DNA of 64,000 nucleotides from Eimeria praecox (lineage: Eukaryota): positions 5,456,001 to 5,520,000 of the forward strand of contig OY986946.1 of NCBI GenBank assembly GCA_963920595.1. Reading direction: 5' to 3'. Of this stretch, positions 59,770 to 64,000 are shown piece by piece. Position 1 is the stretch's first letter, and each line of letters starts with the position of its first letter. Below the pieces are notes generated by a model that saw nothing but the letters and a program-made list of their open reading frames with translations, was not told the DNA's origin and did no database searches. A program made the translations under genes and the position numbers.

Positions 59770-60937
59770 AGGTCCTATTTTGGCTACGACTCCTCTCATT
59801 GTAATATCAGCAGCATCTAAATTTAACGAGAGACATCTGCGCTCTCAGGAGACAGCAGGGGCAGTCGACTCGCAGCAGCAGCAGCAGCAGCAGCAGCAAC
59901 TGCAGCTGCTGCAGCAGCAGCACTTCCACCAGCAGCAACTTCAGCAGCAGCAGCAACTCCTGATGCAGCATCACCTGCAGCAGCGGGAGGTAACAGGCTT
60001 TCCCATGCAGCTACAGCTGCAGCAGCTGCAGCTGCAGCAGCAGCAGCAGCTGCAGCAGCAGCTGCAGCAGCAGCAGCAGCAACAGCTGCAGCAGCAACCC
60101 TTCCCTCAAGGGGTAAGCTTCTTGTTTTTTTGGGGGTTGTAGAGAGGAAGACCTGCAGCCCCACAACCTCTGGTGCTGGTGCTGCTGCTGTTGTTATTGC
60201 TGTTGCTGTTGCTGCTGCTGCTGCTGTTGTTATTGCTGTTGCTGCTGCTGCTGCTGCTATGTACAGGCTGTTGAGGGGCCCCCATCACGCGAAGCTGTTA
60301 GTCCCCCCTACTTCCCCTTTGGAGAGGGGGGGGGCCCCCAGGAGAAAGCCAAATTCACGTTAGGGGAGTGGAGGGCGGCTTGTAGATCTCCAGGGGGGCC
60401 CCCCCTAGGGGGCCCCCCCCTAGGGGGCCCCCCCCTAGGGGGGCCCCCTTTAGGGGGCCCCCTATTTGGGGGCCCCCCTTTAGGGGCTTTGAGGGGACAG
60501 GATCAGGGGCCCCCTGTGCATGCAGATTCTATGTCTCCTGTCTCTTCAGCAACAAGTCTATCACAGGCACACAGTGGTGGTATGGGGGCCCTCGTGTCCC
60601 CTAGCATGGGGGCCCCTGGGGCCCCTGGGGCCCCAGGGGCCCCTGGATCAGGTAGGGGGGGGCCCCTATCACCTGTGGGCCCCTCCCTTCTCTTCACACC
60701 GCAGCAGCAGGGGGCCCCACAGCCCTCGCAGCAGCAACCCCCGCTAGCTTTACATATCATCAAAGGAGCAGCAGATGCTATTCGATGGGTCCTACAGAGA
60801 AGACGATCGGGGGGCCCCCCAGGGGGGGCCCCCCCGGGGGCCCCCCCTGGGGGGCCCCACACCTTAGGAGGGCCCCCGTTCCAGTACAGCTGGGGCATGG
60901 GGGCTCCCCTGCTAGGAGGACCCTATCAGCAGCTGCT

Positions 60938-60972
<35 letters not shown>

Positions 60973-61286
60973 TGCAGCAGCAGCAGCAGGAGTCATTTGA
61001 TGGGCTTAGGAAGGCTTTCTCAACAGGAGATAGCTGGAGGAGGGCAGGGAGAGAAGAGGGGCCCTTGTCTGCAGGGCCTAATCCTGCTGCTGCAGCAACA
61101 GCAGCAGCAACAGCAGCAGCAGATGCAGCAGCAGATGCAGCAGCAGATGCAGCAGCAGCTGCTGCTGCTGCTGGTTCATCAATAGAAAACCCTGGCAGCT
61201 TAGGGGGCCCCCAGGGGGCCCCCCGCTGCCTACACAGAAGTATAGGGAGGCCCCACCTTCATCATCGTTCCCTCTCGGGCCCGTAG
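51185..61286 (+). CDS. TMEM245: TMEM245-like (AI-2E superfamily) multi-pass membrane protein, ~1881 aa with large low-complexity inserts
   Basis: Exons 51185-53154, 54523-56214, 56881-56962, 57442-57614, 58532-58777, 59230-59351, 59772-60112 and 60267-61286 (5646 nt, in phase; intron 2 is GC-AG). Motifs: [45 protein letters not shown]...[50 protein letters not shown] (compare TMEM245 'HPYLTGLAVAGG...GLEGAIIGPIL'). Confidence 0.85.
53160..54190. repeat. 18-25-bp minisatellite (GGAGACAGTTTA(T/G)ATTA...)
   Basis: Fills the first kilobase of TMEM245-like intron 1. Confidence 0.9.
56157..56685 (+). repeat. Four tandem ~138-146-bp copies of the exon-2 3' end, GC donor and (AAACCCT)n
   Basis: GAAGTATCTAACACAACATACTCATACTCTACTATCATGGGC(C/T)TTTAATAGCGGGCAAGATAAACCCT at 56161, 56306, 56452 and 56590. 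Confidence 0.95.
57620..58492. repeat. Intronic telomere-like array: degenerate (AAACCCT)n followed by perfect (AGGGTTT)n
   Basis: Strand switch near 58400. A further 10-bp variant array, (AAACCCTACT)n, lies at 58790-59110. Confidence 0.9.
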
Positions 61287-61893
61287 AATATATTAGGAGG
61301 AGACAAAGGAGACAGTCTGTGTATCTATTTATTTATTTATTTATTTATTTATTTATTATTTAATTTATTTATTATTTTGTTGAAAGGTATTAGTAGACTA
61401 GAGAAACAGGCAGAGACAGAAGAGACAAACAAACCCTAAACCCTAAACCCTAAACCCTAGACTCCTTTTATAGTGTTGAGAACACTGATAGGGTTTAGGG
61501 TTTTGAGGGTTTAGGGTTTAGGGTCTAGCAGCTATCTATATACGTACAGTACAGGCTAGAGGGGCCCTCAGTAGGCTCCCCTCCCTTACTATATTAGATA
61601 GGGGGGCCCCCGGGGGCCCTGCAGGGGGCCCCTGTCTCTTTATTTCTTTTTCTATATATACAATAATTTAAAAAAAGAAAAGAAGACGAAACGTCTCAAG
61701 ATCTGGGGGGCCCCAGGGGCCCCCAAGGGCCCCCAGGGGGCCCCCACCACAAAAAAAATGAAAGAGAATATATTAGGCCTGCCCTGGGGGCCCCCCGGGG
61801 GCCCCCTCTGAGTTGTTGACCCTCTAGGGGACCCTCATAAGGGCCCCCTGGGGGCCCCCAAGGGGCCCCCCAAGGGGGAGGGCACTACGGGGC

Positions 61894-61979
<86 letters not shown>

Positions 61980-62100
61980 TTTAATTAATTTAATTAATTA
62001 TTTGATTAATTATTTTTTTATTAGATTCTTGTAAATATCGGGTTGAGCAAGTCAACAGAGAGAGAATAATACATCTACACATATATAAATATAAATACAT

Positions 62101-62163
<63 letters not shown>

Positions 62164-62344
62164 ATATATATATATATGTATATATATGTATATAATATGT
62201 ATTTATTTATATTATATATATACTCACGTATTTATTTATTTTGTATATTTTTATTAATAATTTATTTTATTTATTTATATTTACATCAAGGTCTTTCTGT
62301 AATACAAATATAAACCAATAGAATAAGATAGATAGATAGATAGA

Positions 62345-62379
<35 letters not shown>

Positions 62380-62385
62380 ATAGAT

Positions 62386-63000
62386 TTAATTAGTATTTGG
62401 TAGTGTATACGCAGCAGCTTTGAGGGCGAGTTGGAGCATCTCCTCAAAGTAGTATCCCTCGTTATGATATGATGAGGGGACAGTAGGTATGGGGGCCCCC
62501 TCTTCTTTATTAAGTTTATCTAATAATAGAATATAATTTAATATATAATAAGTAGCCGTCTCTCCTTCTTCTTTAATATATTTCAAATCTAATAAGAGAG
62601 GAGAGAAGGGCCTTGGGGTTTGTAGGAGCCTCCTACACCATACAAGTACTTTGCTTGCTAATTCTATCAATATTTTTCTGTCTCCTTTAAGATCAAGTGT
62701 CTCCTCATCAGCATTATATATATTTATTATATCTGTGTCTTCTACTATCCTCTTACTCATCTGTCTCTTTATTAATACATTATATGTTGCTTTATCTAAT
62801 AAGAAAGCCCCTAGCTTCCTTAAACCTATATCTAACACCTGTATTGGTTTTAATGTTTTACATGAATCTATAAATGCTGCTGCCTTTGATGCTCCTGCTG
62901 CTGCTGCTGTTGCTGCTGTTTCTGCTGTCTCATCTGGGGGTACATACACCGCAGACACCCCACATTCTCCCTCCTTTCCTCTCCTCATACCCTTCCTCCC

Positions 63001-63038
<38 letters not shown>

Positions 63039-63477
63039 CTGCCTGTGCCAGCTGTATAGAGTGGATAGCTGTCTCCTTCATCAATCGAAGAGAGGAGACA
63101 AACAAAGAAGACAGAAGCACATTACAACAAATAGCTGCTGCTTCGTTGCTGATATGGTTTGTTGCTGCAGGTATAGAGGAGAAGCTTGTTGCTGCTGCTG
63201 CTGCTGCTGCTGCTGTTGCTGCTGCTGGTGCTGCAGGAGCAGCAGCAGCAGCAGGAGCGGTACTATCAAGTACCCATCCTTCTTGCTGCTGCCGCTGCTG
63301 CTGCTGCTGCAGCTGCTGCTGCTGTGTATACAGATTCATACTATCGGCTAGTATATATAATAAACAACGTATAGAAGCAGGAATAGTATTTAATTTTGTT
63401 TTTGTTAGTAAATCAACAAACAGCTTTAGAGGTTTAATAAGCAGATCTCCTTGTGTCTCCTCATCTGTCTCCTCTCC

Positions 63478-63558
<81 letters not shown>

Positions 63559-63735
63559 CAGCGAGCGACAGATAATACTAAGAGGGGGGCCTAACAAAGT
63601 AAACAACCAGCTTCTATCTTCTAAACGAAGAAGAGGACGAGGGAGACAGAAGAATGTGTTGAAGAGACAAAATGTTAAGGAGGAGACAGTCAAATATACA
63701 CTGCACGGTAAATCCCCGAGACACTTCAGCTCAAA
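62386..63735 (-). CDS. Terminal exon (449 codons) of a gene starting beyond the right edge; hypothetical, weak RasGAP-like helical resemblance
   Basis: Acceptor tctatcag|TTT GAG CTG at 63735 is in frame with the 62386-63693 ORF. Complex sequence includes KLFVDLLTKTKLNTIPASIRCLLYILADS and IQVLDIGLRKLGAFLLDKATY...YFEEMLQLALKAAAY. Confidence 0.75.
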
Positions 63736-64000
63736 CTGATAGACATAACAAACATATTATTTAATTTATTTAATTAATTTAATTTATTTAATTAATTTAA
63801 GTAATTTAATTAATTTAATTAATTTAATTATTTAATTAATTTAAGTAATTTAAGTAATTTAAGTAATTTATTTAATTTAAGTAATTTAAGTAATTTATTT
63901 AATTTAATTAATTTAAGGAATTTAAGTAATTTAATTAATTTAATTAATTTAATTAATTTAATTAATTTAATTAGAGGAAATTTAATTAATACGTACAGAA

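Noticed and set aside
62651..63739. 362-aa + strand ORF
   Set aside because: It is the antisense shadow of the - strand exon, reading poly-Cys/Leu where the real frame reads poly-Gln/Ser.

Overview
Eukaryotic, intron-rich DNA from a coccidian apicomplexan, almost certainly an Eimeria species. Supporting signals are pervasive CAG/CTG repeats producing poly-A/Q/S tracts in proteins, interstitial (AAACCCT)n, TGCATGCA octamers and a clear SO7 refractile-body antigen gene. Most six-frame ORFs are microsatellite artefacts. Manual splicing with phase checks gives 7 apparently complete and 2 partial genes: the 3' end of a + strand gene; a 999-aa single-exon helical-repeat protein (-); dynactin p27/DCTN6 (+, 5 exons); a stand-alone peroxisomal enoyl-CoA hydratase 2 ending in PTS1 -AKL (-, 8 exons); a 12-exon M1 aminopeptidase-N homologue with an intact frame but an erased catalytic site (-); a hypothetical protein of at least 9 exons (+); SO7 (-); a TMEM245/AI-2E-like membrane protein (+, 8 exons); and the last exon of a - strand gene. 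The most notable observations are (1) the M1 pseudopeptidase; (2) a dispersed 14-20 bp palindrome, TGAGGTGTAYRTACACCTCA, found in promoters, written into coding exons and overlapping many 3' splice sites; (3) tandem duplications of exon 3' ends with their donors in two genes, one giving a possible new in-frame cassette exon; (4) introns bracketed by inverted telomere-like repeats; (5) two GC-AG introns; (6) a 269-bp higher-order satellite; and (7) (TAGC)n palindrome blocks. Family assignments come from recalled motifs; no database search was run.
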